Source of the DNA: Patescibacteria group bacterium
Lineage (GTDB): Bacteria > Patescibacteriota > Microgenomatia > UBA12405
Length of the DNA stretch: 64,000 nt
NCBI GenBank assembly: GCA_018902845.1
Contig: JAHIPV010000001.1
Span: forward strand, 12,124-76,123
Direction: 5' to 3'
A program made the translations under genes and the position numbers. Shown here piece after piece: positions 1-9,874 of this stretch. Position 1 is the stretch's first letter. Every line of letters begins with the position of its first letter. The notes under the pieces were generated by a model, which worked only from the letters and a program-made list of their open reading frames with translations, did not search any database and had not been told where the DNA came from.

Positions 1-1
1 A

Positions 2-181
2 ACAGAAATATCAAAAGAAAAGAAACCAAAAACATTTCCTGCCAACCGTCAAATTGCCAAACAAGGAGGTAAAATCGCCGGTAATACTAGGAAAGAAATA
101 GAAAAACAAACAGGAAAAAAAATTGTTTCCTCTAAAAACATCAAACAATTAAGAAGTCAGAAATTAAAAAAATTAAATTAA
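2..181 (+). CDS. C-terminal fragment of a DinD-like (DNA-damage-inducible protein D family) paralog, truncated by the window edge
   Basis: Frame-2 translation ...KKPKTFPANRQIAKQGGKIAGNTRKEIEKQTGKKIVSS... aligns to the C-terminus of ORF 8167..9009 (KKPETFKQNRQIAKKGGQIAGQARRGIEAQTG). Stop TAA at 179-181. Confidence 0.4.
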   Translation, partial: TEISKEKKPKTFPANRQIAKQGGKIAGNTRKEIEKQTGKKIVSSKNIKQLRSQKLKKLN

Positions 182-185
182 CACT

Positions 186-893
186 ATGAAGACAAAAATA
201 ATTGCCACCATTGGCCCAGCTACTTTAAACAAAGACATTTTTAACCGACTCATTGACGCCGGCGTTGATTACATCAGAATCAACAGTGCTTATGGAGACT
301 ATAATCAATACGACCAAATTTTAAACAATCTAAAAAATCACCCCAGAGCCAAACAAATTAAAACAATTTTTGATATCAAATCACCCACTGTTTTGGATTA
401 TTTTACCAAAAACAAACTTGATATTATTGCTATTTCTTTTACAGAATCCGCCAATCAAATCAAAAAAATAAAACAATTGGCTCCAAAATCTCAAATTATT
501 TCCAAAATAGAATCCAAAAATGGTCTAAAAAACTTTTGCCAAATTTTACCTGAAACTTGGGGAGTAATGGTAGCTAGGGGGGATTTGGAAAAAGCAGTTT
601 CTTTGGAAAAAGTTCCTTGTCTTCAAAAAGGTATTTGTCAACAGGCCATAGCTCAAAATAAATTTTTAGTTGTTGCCACCGAAATGCTTTTAACCATGGT
701 CAACGAAGATAATCCCACTTTAGCCGAAGCTTCTGATATTGCCAATGCTATTTTTGATAAAGTTTCGGCCGTCATGCTTTCAGAAGAAACGGCCATAGGC
801 AAATATCCGACTAAATCGGTTCAATGGATGAAAAAAATCGTCAAAAGCACCGAAGAATGCGTTTACGATTCCTGCAGTCTCATTTCTTGGTAA
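186..893 (+). CDS. Mini pyruvate kinase-like protein with the A/barrel domain only, lacking the B-lid and C-terminal domains
   Basis: N-terminus KIIATIGPAT and MVARGDLEKAV...VVATEMLLTMVNEDNPTLAEASDIANAIFDKVSAVMLSEETAIGKYP match the pyruvate kinase barrel core (IVATIGPAS, MVARGDLG, ATQMLESM, PTRAE.SDVANAV, MLSGETAKG). Only 235 aa. Confidence 0.6.
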   Translation: MKTKIIATIGPATLNKDIFNRLIDAGVDYIRINSAYGDYNQYDQILNNLKNHPRAKQIKTIFDIKSPTVLDYFTKNKLDIIAISFTESANQIKKIKQLAPKSQIISKIESKNGLKNFCQILPETWGVMVARGDLEKAVSLEKVPCLQKGICQQAIAQNKFLVVATEMLLTMVNEDNPTLAEASDIANAIFDKVSAVMLSEETAIGKYPTKSVQWMKKIVKSTEECVYDSCSLISW

Positions 894-958
894 ACAAAAA
901 CTTCCGCTTGACAACTCCATCAACTTGATTTACAATTAGTACATAAAACATACTAATT

Positions 959-1600
959 ATGAATCAAGTACAAAATCTAAAAAAACTAGAAAATCTCAGT
1001 TATTTCGATAAAAACACTCTGTCGCAATATACTGATCTTTCTGATAATTCTCTCTATACAAATATCAATCGATGGATAAAAAATGAAAAAATTATCCAAC
1101 TCAAAAAAGGTTTATATGTCACCGGTTCTTATTTCAATAAACTTGCCGACAAAGATATTTATATTGAATTTATCGCCAACAAACTCAAAACCCCTTCTTA
1201 TCTTAGTTTAGAATATGTGCTCAACAAATATAGTATTTTGACCCAAGCTATTTTTTCTCACACCTCCATTACTCTTAAATCAAAAAAAACTTTTTCAAAT
1301 AAATTTGGAACTTTTCTTTACAAAAACATAAAAGACGATCTTTTTACTGGATATCAAATAATAAAAAAGGGCCAATTTGAAATTAAACAAGCTACAAAAG
1401 CAAAAGCTCTATTTGATTATCTTTATCAAAAAACCTGTAAAACTAAAGACATTACCAAAGGTCTTTTATTATCATATAGACTAAACCTTGACGAATTTAC
1501 CAATAAAAACATAAAAGAATTTTCAATTTATTGCCAAAAAGCAAAAATCAAAAAATACGAAACTTTACCCAATTTAATAAAAGAGCTACATGATTATTAA
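959..1600 (+). CDS. AbiEi-like antitoxin (type IV TA), putative
   Basis: ~210-aa protein immediately upstream of, and overlapping by 11 nt, an AbiEii-type nucleotidyltransferase toxin gene. Call rests mainly on operon architecture. Confidence 0.45.
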   Translation: MNQVQNLKKLENLSYFDKNTLSQYTDLSDNSLYTNINRWIKNEKIIQLKKGLYVTGSYFNKLADKDIYIEFIANKLKTPSYLSLEYVLNKYSILTQAIFSHTSITLKSKKTFSNKFGTFLYKNIKDDLFTGYQIIKKGQFEIKQATKAKALFDYLYQKTCKTKDITKGLLLSYRLNLDEFTNKNIKEFSIYCQKAKIKKYETLPNLIKELHDY

Positions 1601-2402
1601 AGAACTGGAAAAGATAGTCCAAGAAGAAAAAGCAAAAAACTCACTTGGTTTATATATACGCAACCTGCTTAAAGAATATCTTCAGGTTTACATACTCTAT
1701 TATATTTACACTTCAAAAGAGTATCAAAAGAACTTAATTTTTACCGGAGGAACATGTTTACGCCATTTTTATAATCTTGAGCGTCTTTCCGAAGATCTTG
1801 ATTTTGACTATATAAAAGAATTTGACACAAAAATACTGCAACAAAGCATAACTGATTTTTTTGCCAAAAAATACAAATACAAAATCCTAAGTTCCTTAAA
1901 ACAGCAAGGTAGACAACTCCTTTTAAAATTTCCTGTTTTGCATAGTTTGGGTCTAGCAACAAAAGAAGAGAGTGATTTACTTTATGTCAAAATTGATTTA
2001 TCAAAGAACCCATCAAAACATTACAAAAGTATAGTTAGTTCAAAAAGCAAATTTGGATTTAATTTTGTTGCCATACATTATGATTTAAGTAATTTAATGA
2101 CAGGTAAAATTCATGCTATTTTAACTCGCCAATTTCTAAAAGGCAGAGATTATTTTGATTTGCTTTTTTTCTTAAAAAATTCAACTCAGCCAAATCTCAA
2201 AAGATTATCTGATATCTTAAACCAAAAGATAACAAAGAAAAAGTTAGAAAAAATTCTGGACAAAAAAGTAGAAGAATTAACCACAAAATACAAAAATCAA
2301 TTTCAATCCGATCTAGCCCCTCTTATCAAAAACCCAGATACTTTAGATCTATACATCAACAACTACAAAAACGAATACCTCCGTAATAAAAAATACACTT
2401 AA
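1590..2402 (+). CDS. AbiEii/AbiGii-family nucleotidyltransferase toxin
   Basis: Motif IFTGGTCLRHFYNLERLSEDLDFDY matches the GGTAL...R.SEDIDF signature of AbiEii toxins. Confidence 0.65.
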   Translation: MIIKELEKIVQEEKAKNSLGLYIRNLLKEYLQVYILYYIYTSKEYQKNLIFTGGTCLRHFYNLERLSEDLDFDYIKEFDTKILQQSITDFFAKKYKYKILSSLKQQGRQLLLKFPVLHSLGLATKEESDLLYVKIDLSKNPSKHYKSIVSSKSKFGFNFVAIHYDLSNLMTGKIHAILTRQFLKGRDYFDLLFFLKNSTQPNLKRLSDILNQKITKKKLEKILDKKVEELTTKYKNQFQSDLAPLIKNPDTLDLYINNYKNEYLRNKKYT

Positions 2403-2408
2403 AAATTT

Positions 2409-3572
2409 CTAAAACAACCCGCCCAATTTTTCCCAGCCAACAACTGTCCCTAGTGACCTTTTTTGCCCCTCATTTCCTCCATAAACAACAAAAGAATTTT
2501 TTGGATCAGTTTTACTTAAATTTTGCCAATAGGAAAGATTTTTAAAAAAATTAGATGAAATAGTTTGTCCTGACTTTATTTCAACAGCTTTAATTTTTCC
2601 ACCTTCTTCAATTAAGCAATCTATTTCATGTCCGCTTTTATCCCTAAAATAACTAAGATTCATTATTTTCCCTCTATTAAAACGATTTTTAACCAATTCC
2701 GATATTACAAATGTTTCAAACAAGGATCCACGCAAAGGGTGGGTAATTAATTGTCTTTTGTTTTCTATTCCCAAAAGCGAACAAGCCAAGCCGGTATCAT
2801 AAAAATATAATTTTGGTGATTTAATCAATCTTTTATTAAAGTTTTTTCTATAAGGCGGTAGTAAATAAATAATATAACTGGCCTCAAGTATCGAAAGCCA
2901 TGAATTTGCCGTATTGTGACTAATACCACAGTCATTTGCAAAAGAAGAAAGACTCAAAATTTGTCCTGTTCTGCCGGCGCAAAGTCGTAAAAACCGTTGA
3001 AATAGTCGCAAATTATTTACATTTTTAATTTGTCGCACATCGCGCTCAAGGTAAGTCTGAACATAGTTAATATACCAATCGAAAGCATTAAGTTTTTTAT
3101 CCCAAATTCGAGGATAAAAACCGGTAAATAAAACAGAATCAAGATTATTACCAAAAACAATTTTACTGTTTTTAAGTTCTTCAAATCCAAAAGGGAGAAG
3201 CGATAAAATGCCAACACGACCAGCCAGACTTTGAGAAATTTTTTCCATAAGCAAAAAATTCTGCGATCCGGAAAGAACATACATCCCGTTTTTGCCTATT
3301 TCATCTGTAAGTGTTTGTAGATACGAAAAAAGTCGAGGTACTTTTTGTATTTCATCAAAAATTACAGGTGCTGGAAAAGTAGCCAAGAATCTTTTTGGAT
3401 CTTCCTCTGCAAAAGCTCTTTTATCTGGATCTTCCAAAGAAACATAAGTTCGTTTTGGAAATAAATGTTTTAAAAGTGTTGTTTTCCCGGATTGACGCGG
3501 ACCTGTAATAGTTACAATCGGAAAAGATTTTAAATAACCTTTAATTTTTTTGCTTAATTCTCTTTTAATCAT
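2409..3572 (-). CDS. AAA-family ATPase (AAA_14 + DUF4143 type)
   Basis: Walker A TGPRQSGKTTLLK near the N-terminus. 387 aa with a typical DUF4143 C-terminal half. Confidence 0.7.
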   Translation of the reverse strand: MIKRELSKKIKGYLKSFPIVTITGPRQSGKTTLLKHLFPKRTYVSLEDPDKRAFAEEDPKRFLATFPAPVIFDEIQKVPRLFSYLQTLTDEIGKNGMYVLSGSQNFLLMEKISQSLAGRVGILSLLPFGFEELKNSKIVFGNNLDSVLFTGFYPRIWDKKLNAFDWYINYVQTYLERDVRQIKNVNNLRLFQRFLRLCAGRTGQILSLSSFANDCGISHNTANSWLSILEASYIIYLLPPYRKNFNKRLIKSPKLYFYDTGLACSLLGIENKRQLITHPLRGSLFETFVISELVKNRFNRGKIMNLSYFRDKSGHEIDCLIEEGGKIKAVEIKSGQTISSNFFKNLSYWQNLSKTDPKNSFVVYGGNEGQKRSLGTVVGWEKLGGLF

Positions 3573-3852
3573 ATAAAACGAGTATAAGCCATACTGGACA
3601 AATTGTCAATCTAATTCTCAATTTGTCCAAAACTCCAATCACAAATTTATTGCTGATAGTTTATTTGATTTATAATTACTATAAACATGAATTTAAACAA
3701 TATAAAAATCAGAATTCTAAAACAAACCAAAAAATATTTCTTTTATCGATTGTGCCAACCTTGTCGCTATAAAACATTACAACCTAGACAAAATCTTCTC
3801 CTTCGACAAATTTTATCCAAAAACCCTCCATTTTTGTTAAAATACATTCACT

Positions 3853-3923
3853 GACACGGTGGCCGAGCGGTTAGGCAATGGTCTGCAAAACCATGTAGGC
3901 GGGTTCAACTCCCGCTCGTGTCT
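3853..3923 (+). tRNA. tRNA-Cys (anticodon GCA)
   Basis: Cloverleaf with acceptor GACACGG/TCGTGTC, D arm GCC-AGCGGTTAG-GGC, anticodon arm ATGGT-CTGCAAA-ACCAT, T arm GCGGG-TTCAACT-CCCGC, discriminator T. Confidence 0.8.
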
Positions 3924-3945
3924 CATTTTTACTGTAAAATAGGCA

Positions 3946-4938
3946 ATGGTTGTTACTCCAAAAATTACCATTGGAATTGTTACCCATAATTGTCTCAAGT
4001 ACACCAAGCTGTTTCTAAAATACCTAAGACTTAATGCCGATATTCCCTACCAGCTTATTGTTATTGATAACCACTCCACTGACGGCACTGTTGATTACCT
4101 GTCCAAGCAAAAGGATCTATTGTTAGTAGCTAATAAAAGAAACTATGGTTTTGCTTATGCCAATAATCAGGCATTTAGCAGAAGCAAAACTCCTCTTTTT
4201 TTAGGGGTTAACAACGATACAGTAATTTTCCCCAGATTTTTAAGTCGATTAGTTACTTATGTTAAGAAATATCCAAGATATTCTCAATTCGGTGTCTACT
4301 CTAACTGCATTGCCGCTCTCAACCCCTATACTCGACAACCAATAGACAAAGAAATCAAACAGAGTTTTGAAGAATCTGTTTCTCCTGCAAATATTGTTAA
4401 GCAATATTACGGCGATATGAATCAATTTTCACAAAAATTTGCTCAATCTAATCCTGGTATTCAAATACTTGAGACTCCTCCACACTTTACCGGTGGCTGG
4501 TGTTTTTTGGTTCGTGCTCAAGAAGTCAAACAAGTTGGAGGTCTTTTTGATACTCGTTTTAAAATTGGTTTTTGGGAAGATGTTGATTTAAGCTGGCGTT
4601 TAGCCAAAATTGGCAAAATCGTTCATCTTAATAATCTTTATATTCATCACTTTGCTAACATCTCTTTTAAAAACAATAAACTTAAAAAATCAAATCATGC
4701 CATCAGTCGGGCTAATGCCCTCCGTTTTGCCGAAAAATGGAGCCAAGATATCAGGTCGTTTTTTAAATCAAAGTTTAGCCAAGGACTTACTCTCAAAGAC
4801 ATTACCAAGAAATATTTTATTTTTAAAGCATATTTTGGATCCGAAGACGACTTGGGTGACAAAGAAAGCAAATTAAAATCGGAATTTATCAATAGCAAGA
4901 TCGGTTTTAAAGACTTTTTGCTAAGCAGTAAGAAATAA
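3946..4938 (+). CDS. Glycosyltransferase family 2 protein
   Basis: N-terminal ITIGIVTHNCLKYTKLFLKYL...LIVIDNHSTDGT is a typical GT2 Rossmann/DXD region. Confidence 0.65.
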   Translation: MVVTPKITIGIVTHNCLKYTKLFLKYLRLNADIPYQLIVIDNHSTDGTVDYLSKQKDLLLVANKRNYGFAYANNQAFSRSKTPLFLGVNNDTVIFPRFLSRLVTYVKKYPRYSQFGVYSNCIAALNPYTRQPIDKEIKQSFEESVSPANIVKQYYGDMNQFSQKFAQSNPGIQILETPPHFTGGWCFLVRAQEVKQVGGLFDTRFKIGFWEDVDLSWRLAKIGKIVHLNNLYIHHFANISFKNNKLKKSNHAISRANALRFAEKWSQDIRSFFKSKFSQGLTLKDITKKYFIFKAYFGSEDDLGDKESKLKSEFINSKIGFKDFLLSSKK

Positions 4939-4947
4939 AGCGTCTCA

Positions 4948-5139
4948 CTATTTTCCTGTTCTCACTTTTACATTTTCCGGTCTTATTAACATTTCTCTTA
5001 ACGATTCCGCCCCAGTATTAGTGCCTCTGCATTGCGGACACACATCTCTTGGTGGAAAAATTTTTATCCCACAATCTTCACATACCTCACCAGCCAATCT
5101 GTATCTTTGTTGTTGTAATCTCCAATCCCCGATAATCAT
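4948..5139 (-). CDS. Small zinc-ribbon protein (CxxC...CxxC)
   Basis: 63 aa with CEDCG...CPQCRG. Terminal gene of the ECF sigma operon; possible anti-sigma or Zn-binding partner. Confidence 0.4.
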   Translation of the reverse strand: MIIGDWRLQQQRYRLAGEVCEDCGIKIFPPRDVCPQCRGTNTGAESLREMLIRPENVKVRTGK

Positions 5140-5145
5140 TTTTTC

Positions 5146-5499
5146 TCAAACCCCATCTACAAACAAATCAATCTGATTCCCCCCCAAAACTTTTACTGTC
5201 CAAAAAAGCAAATAAGCAAAAATCAAAACTTCAATTACCATAGTCAATCCAAAAATCATTCCCACCGAACTCAAAATTTGCCCATAAAACCAATAATCGG
5301 TTACTACTCTGGCGCTTATATACATCAACACCGGAAATAGGGCTGTAGCGCTAATCAACAAAAACTGAGATTTATCTCTTTTTGCTTTTATGGTTCTTAA
5401 GGTCAAAAAAGGTTGATAACTCAAAAGATATAAATTACAACACCAACCCCAAACCTGTCTAATTATCAACAAAACACTTAATTTAATTATTTTCTTCAT
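5146..5499 (-). CDS. Membrane protein, putative anti-sigma factor
   Basis: Multi-TM 117-aa protein. Its start overlaps the stop of the ECF sigma factor gene by 17 nt. Confidence 0.35.
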   Translation of the reverse strand: MKKIIKLSVLLIIRQVWGWCCNLYLLSYQPFLTLRTIKAKRDKSQFLLISATALFPVLMYISARVVTDYWFYGQILSSVGMIFGLTMVIEVLIFAYLLFWTVKVLGGNQIDLFVDGV

Positions 5500-5995
5500 G
5501 TATTTTTTTAAACTTTCTTCTGGCTCTTAACAACCTTGACTCCACCGCCTTAACGCTGATTTCTAATTTTTTTGCAATTTCTTTAACCTTTAACCCGTCT
5601 ATATATTTAAGTCGCAATATTTTTCTATATCCTTCGCTTACTCTTCTAAAAGTTTCTTTTATTTCTTCCTTTAACTCATTTTTAAGGCTATTTCCTTCCG
5701 GTCCTAAAGCCTTTTGTGCCACCCCCTCAATTCCGGGCATAGCCGAAAACAAAACGGTTTTTAATTTCTTTTTTCTGTAATAATCAATAATTTTATGTTT
5801 GGCAATACCACAAAGCCAGCTAAATTCGCTTGATTTTCTCGAAAAACTTGGTAGAGAATTCCATCCTGCCAAAAGTATCGTGTTTACCAATTCTTCTACA
5901 TCTTCGTCCTTGTCAACCTTTTTCCTTACAAATCCATTAATACTTTTGTAGTATTTCTCGTAAAATTCCTTCATCCCCTTGATTTTACCAACCAT
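5483..5995 (-). CDS. ECF-type RNA polymerase sigma factor (sigma-70 family)
   Basis: Region 2 (ILLAGWNSLPSF...YYRKKK) and region 4 HTH (LKYIDGLKVKEIAKKLEISVKAVESRLLRARRKFKK). Confidence 0.75.
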   Translation of the reverse strand: MVGKIKGMKEFYEKYYKSINGFVRKKVDKDEDVEELVNTILLAGWNSLPSFSRKSSEFSWLCGIAKHKIIDYYRKKKLKTVLFSAMPGIEGVAQKALGPEGNSLKNELKEEIKETFRRVSEGYRKILRLKYIDGLKVKEIAKKLEISVKAVESRLLRARRKFKKIHEENN

Positions 5996-6027
5996 TCAAT
6001 GCTTTAATTACTAAGAAAGGGAATATT

Positions 6028-6303
6028 ATGGGAAACTTAATGAGTATAAGCAGTAATTTTGATATCGCTTTTTTTTCTCGCACTCTTCTTTTGGGTTTCA
6101 TCATATTTGGCCTCATGCTCATCATAATGACTATTCTTTTTGGCCTTTCTATTAAAGAAATCAACAACAAAAAAAACAGAATAATAGTTTCAATTATTCT
6201 TTGTCTCTCTCTTTCCTTTTTGATTAACCGTTTAAACAGTCCAAATCACTTTTCCTCTAAAGCCACTGATCAGCCACCAATTCCTGACATACAGACACCT
6301 TAA
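6028..6303 (+). CDS. Small hypothetical membrane protein
   Basis: 91-aa ORF with two predicted TM segments in the divergent intergenic position. No recognisable family. Confidence 0.3.
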   Translation: MGNLMSISSNFDIAFFSRTLLLGFIIFGLMLIIMTILFGLSIKEINNKKNRIIVSIILCLSLSFLINRLNSPNHFSSKATDQPPIPDIQTP

Positions 6304-6327
6304 CCTTTTTCAATGTAATATTAATTA

Positions 6328-7194
6328 ATGAATCTCTTTTTTTCTCCGCAAACCAAAAAACTCCAAAAGTTATCATGGCAATTAAGACAAGATCTTATAG
6401 ACATGTCCTATTATGCCGGCCATATTCATATTGGCGGATCTCTCTCCGCTCTTGATCTTATTCTTTCGGTATATCTTTCGGATATTTTCAATTTTTCCCA
6501 AAACAAGCGAATGCGAAGTCCGCCTGTGGTGGACGCATCAAAGAGAACAGACGATAATTTTATTCTCTCTCCGGGCCACACTTGCCCCGCTCTTTATGTA
6601 GTTTTAGCTTATCTCAAATATTTCTCAAAAGTAGAATTAAAAAATTACAATAAAATGGGATCTATCCTACAAGGTCATGTATCAAAAGATGTCCCTGGTG
6701 TTCTTTATTCTTCCGGTTCTTTGGGGCAGGGTCTTTCTTTTGCCTCTGGTTTAGCTCTTGCCGATAAACTAGACAAGAAAAGCCGATACACCATATGTTT
6801 AACTTCTGACGGTGAACACCAAGAAGGTCAAATATGGGAAGCCCTTATGTTTGCCAATAAATATAAACTCAATAAACTAATCAACATTGTTGATTGCAAC
6901 AAATATCAAATAAATGGCTCTACCCAAGATATTATGCCCCTTGACGATCTGGCCGCCAAATATATCCATTTTGGCTGGACTGTAAAAGAAGTAAATGGTC
7001 ACGATTTTAATCAAATTACAAAAATGCTAAAACTAGCCAAACAATCAGATCGCCCCGTTTGTATTATCGCTCATACAACTTTTGGCAAAGGAATTTCTTT
7101 TATGCAGTACGATTACAACTTTCACAGTCTTGACCGTTTAACCGATTTTCAATACAAAAAAGCCCAAAAAGAAATTAAAAACCACCTTAAATAA
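6328..7194 (+). CDS. tkt: Transketolase, N-terminal (TPP-binding) subunit
   Basis: HIHIGGSLSALDLILSVY plus GHTCPALY and GSLGQGL motifs of the transketolase PP domain. Split-gene arrangement. Confidence 0.85.
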   Translation: MNLFFSPQTKKLQKLSWQLRQDLIDMSYYAGHIHIGGSLSALDLILSVYLSDIFNFSQNKRMRSPPVVDASKRTDDNFILSPGHTCPALYVVLAYLKYFSKVELKNYNKMGSILQGHVSKDVPGVLYSSGSLGQGLSFASGLALADKLDKKSRYTICLTSDGEHQEGQIWEALMFANKYKLNKLINIVDCNKYQINGSTQDIMPLDDLAAKYIHFGWTVKEVNGHDFNQITKMLKLAKQSDRPVCIIAHTTFGKGISFMQYDYNFHSLDRLTDFQYKKAQKEIKNHLK

Positions 7195-7195
7195 T

Positions 7196-8143
7196 ATGTC
7201 AAATAAAAAACCAACACTATCATCCACCCGCCAAGCTTTTGGTGACACTCTTAACCTTATGGCTTCCAAAAATAAAAACATTTTTGTTGTTTCGGTCGAT
7301 CTTAAATCATCTCTCAAATTATCGAAATTTGCCAAAAAATATCCAAACAGATTTATTGAATGTGGAGTAGCCGAACAAAACGCCACTGCTATAGCCGCAG
7401 GTCTGGCTAAATCAGGCAAAACTGTTTTTTTGTGTTCTTATTCTTCCTTCTCTCCGGCCATAAATTGGGCCGTTATCAAGCAATCAATTTGTTACAACAA
7501 TTGCAATGTAAAAATAATTAGTGCTCATTCTGGTCTGTTGACTTCAGCCTATGGTGCTACCCATCAAATGTTGGAAGATATTGCTCTAGTACGGGTTTTG
7601 CCAAACATGGAAGTTTTTTCTCCCTGTGATGCCATAGAGACAAAAAAAATTATCAGTGTCGTGGCCAACAGTAAAACCCCTGCTTATGTCCGTCTCGTCC
7701 GTCCCGACACTCCCTTGTTTTTTGACAAAAAACTATCTTTCACTATTGGTAAATCTCATGTATTAAAAAAAGGCAAAGACATAACTATTTTGGGCCACGG
7801 TCCAATTTTGCATTCTGCTTTTCAAATCCATAATCAATCATTAGCCAAACTTTCCTTAGAAATTATCAACTGTTCCTCCATAAAACCGCTTGATTCAAAA
7901 ACTATCCTAAAAAGTGTTAAAAAAACCGGCAGGTTGATTGTAATAGAAGATCACCAAAAAATTGGTGGATTGGGCGAGGCTATTGCACACTTGTTGCTGG
8001 AAAACAATTTATCGCCAAAATTTATTCATCTTGCCGTTGATAATCAGTTTGGTCAATCAGCCCGCCACTGTCAAGAACTTTACGATTACTATAATATTGG
8101 TATTAAAGCTTTAACATCCGCAATCAAAAAAATTATTTCTTAA
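7196..8143 (+). CDS. tkt: Transketolase, C-terminal (pyrimidine-binding) subunit
   Basis: Immediately follows the N-terminal subunit (1-nt gap). Transketolase Pyr/C-terminal domain pattern (ECGVAEQNATAIAAGLA). Confidence 0.85.
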   Translation: MSNKKPTLSSTRQAFGDTLNLMASKNKNIFVVSVDLKSSLKLSKFAKKYPNRFIECGVAEQNATAIAAGLAKSGKTVFLCSYSSFSPAINWAVIKQSICYNNCNVKIISAHSGLLTSAYGATHQMLEDIALVRVLPNMEVFSPCDAIETKKIISVVANSKTPAYVRLVRPDTPLFFDKKLSFTIGKSHVLKKGKDITILGHGPILHSAFQIHNQSLAKLSLEIINCSSIKPLDSKTILKSVKKTGRLIVIEDHQKIGGLGEAIAHLLLENNLSPKFIHLAVDNQFGQSARHCQELYDYYNIGIKALTSAIKKIIS

Positions 8144-8166
8144 TTCTTAATTTTTCATAAAACATC

Positions 8167-9009
8167 ATGAGCAAAAAAGACAACTCAGCCATTTTTTTCA
8201 ATCAAAAACACATTCGTCGTCATTGGGATCAAAACAAAGAATTATGGTATTTTTCGATTATAGATATAATTGAAATTTTGACAGACAGCCCAAGACCAAG
8301 GAAATACTGGCACGCTTTGAAAATCAAATTAAAGGGAGAAGGAAGTCAACTGTCCCAAAAAATGGGACAGTTGAAAATGAAAGCCCAAGATGGAAAAATG
8401 AGGCCAACTGATGTTTTGGACACCGAAAATCTTTTAAGACTTATCCAGTCCATTCCTTCTCCTAAGGTCGAACCGTTTAAACTCTGGCTAGCCAAGGTTG
8501 GTTATCAAAGAATTGAAGAAACCGAAGACCCAGAACTAGCCATTAATAGGGCTATGCAAACTTACCTCAAAAAAGGCTATTCCAAAGACTGGATTAATCA
8601 AAGATTAAAGACAATTGAAGTTAGAAAAGAATTGACCAATGAATGGCAAAACAGAGGCGTCAATCAAGGAATGGAATTTGCTATTTTAACTGATGAAATC
8701 ACCAAGGCATGGTCAGGTAAATCAGTTAAGCAGTATAAACAATTTAAAAAACTCAAAAAACAAAATCTTAGAGATAATATGACCAATTTAGAGTTAATTT
8801 TAAACATGTTGGCCGAAGCTACGACAACAGAAATTTCCAAAAAAAAGAAACCTGAAACCTTTAAACAAAATCGTCAAATAGCTAAAAAAGGAGGCCAAAT
8901 AGCCGGACAAGCCAGACGGGGTATTGAAGCCCAAACTGGACATAGTTTAATCTCTCCCAAAAACACTAATCATTTACAGCTTTCAAATTTAAAAAAAATT
9001 AACCCTTAA
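8167..9009 (+). CDS. DinD-like (DNA-damage-inducible protein D family) protein
   Basis: Bro-N/DinD-like N-terminus and conserved central block KTIEVRKELTNEWQNRG...EFAILTDEITKAWSG. Has a partial paralog at window start. Confidence 0.5.
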   Translation: MSKKDNSAIFFNQKHIRRHWDQNKELWYFSIIDIIEILTDSPRPRKYWHALKIKLKGEGSQLSQKMGQLKMKAQDGKMRPTDVLDTENLLRLIQSIPSPKVEPFKLWLAKVGYQRIEETEDPELAINRAMQTYLKKGYSKDWINQRLKTIEVRKELTNEWQNRGVNQGMEFAILTDEITKAWSGKSVKQYKQFKKLKKQNLRDNMTNLELILNMLAEATTTEISKKKKPETFKQNRQIAKKGGQIAGQARRGIEAQTGHSLISPKNTNHLQLSNLKKINP

Positions 9010-9040
9010 CCCTTATTTTTTTAATTCTTAATTAATCACT

Positions 9041-9874
9041 ATGCTTTCTCTAAATCAACTCTTAAACCAATATAAACAAGAAAAAAAAGCCATATCTGCT
9101 TTTAACATCGATTGTTTTGAAATTTATCAAGCAATCGAAGAAGTTGTTGCCGAAACAAATCTTCCCTGCATAGTCCAACTGTCTCCCAATCAGGATCAAT
9201 TTATCCAAGCCGAACGCCTTTTTTTACTTGTCAAAAAAGCCAACATCGAAGGTTTGCCTATTTATCTTAATATGGATCACGGTAAAGACCCGGCTAGATT
9301 GGAAAAATTAGCCAAGCTTGGTTTTGATATGATTCACTTTGATGGTTCAATTTTTGATTATGACAAAAATTTAGATCTTGCCAAAACCTTAATAGATAAA
9401 ATTAAAAGTTTGTCTTTAAACACAATCGTTGAAGTCGAATTTAATAGGATAAAAGCCATAGATAATTCAACTTCTCAAGATATATTTACCAAACCTGATC
9501 AGGCCAAAGATTTTATTTTAAAATCAAAGGCCAATCTTTTGGCAGTTTCCATTGGCAATCTTCATGGTGTAAATATAAATCGACCGGAACAGCTAGATAT
9601 TTCTCTTTTATCAAAAATTGCCACCAATTTTCCAACAAATTCTTTTTTTACTCTTCATGGCGGTTCCGGCATTCCCCAAGATCAAATTAAACAAGCCATA
9701 AACTTAGGGGTTGTAAAAGTAAACATCAATACCGATCTTCGGCTTAAATTTAGAGACTCACTTCGCAATTCCATAAACAACACTAACTCCGAAAAAATTT
9801 ATGAATACATGACTCCAGTAATAAACGATCTTAAAGAAATCATTAAGGAAAAATTAATACAACTGTCATCGTGA
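9041..9874 (+). CDS. fba: Class II fructose-bisphosphate aldolase family protein
   Basis: LNMDHGKD, IHFDGS, GNLHG and TLHGGSGIP motifs of class II (metal-dependent) FBA/tagatose-bisphosphate aldolases. Confidence 0.8.
   Translation: MLSLNQLLNQYKQEKKAISAFNIDCFEIYQAIEEVVAETNLPCIVQLSPNQDQFIQAERLFLLVKKANIEGLPIYLNMDHGKDPARLEKLAKLGFDMIHFDGSIFDYDKNLDLAKTLIDKIKSLSLNTIVEVEFNRIKAIDNSTSQDIFTKPDQAKDFILKSKANLLAVSIGNLHGVNINRPEQLDISLLSKIATNFPTNSFFTLHGGSGIPQDQIKQAINLGVVKVNINTDLRLKFRDSLRNSINNTNSEKIYEYMTPVINDLKEIIKEKLIQLSS

Noticed and set aside
1741-3280. Small antisense ORFs (1741..1962 minus; 3017..3280 minus)
   Set aside because: Fully nested antisense within the AbiEii gene and in-frame-shadow of the AAA ATPase gene; no support.
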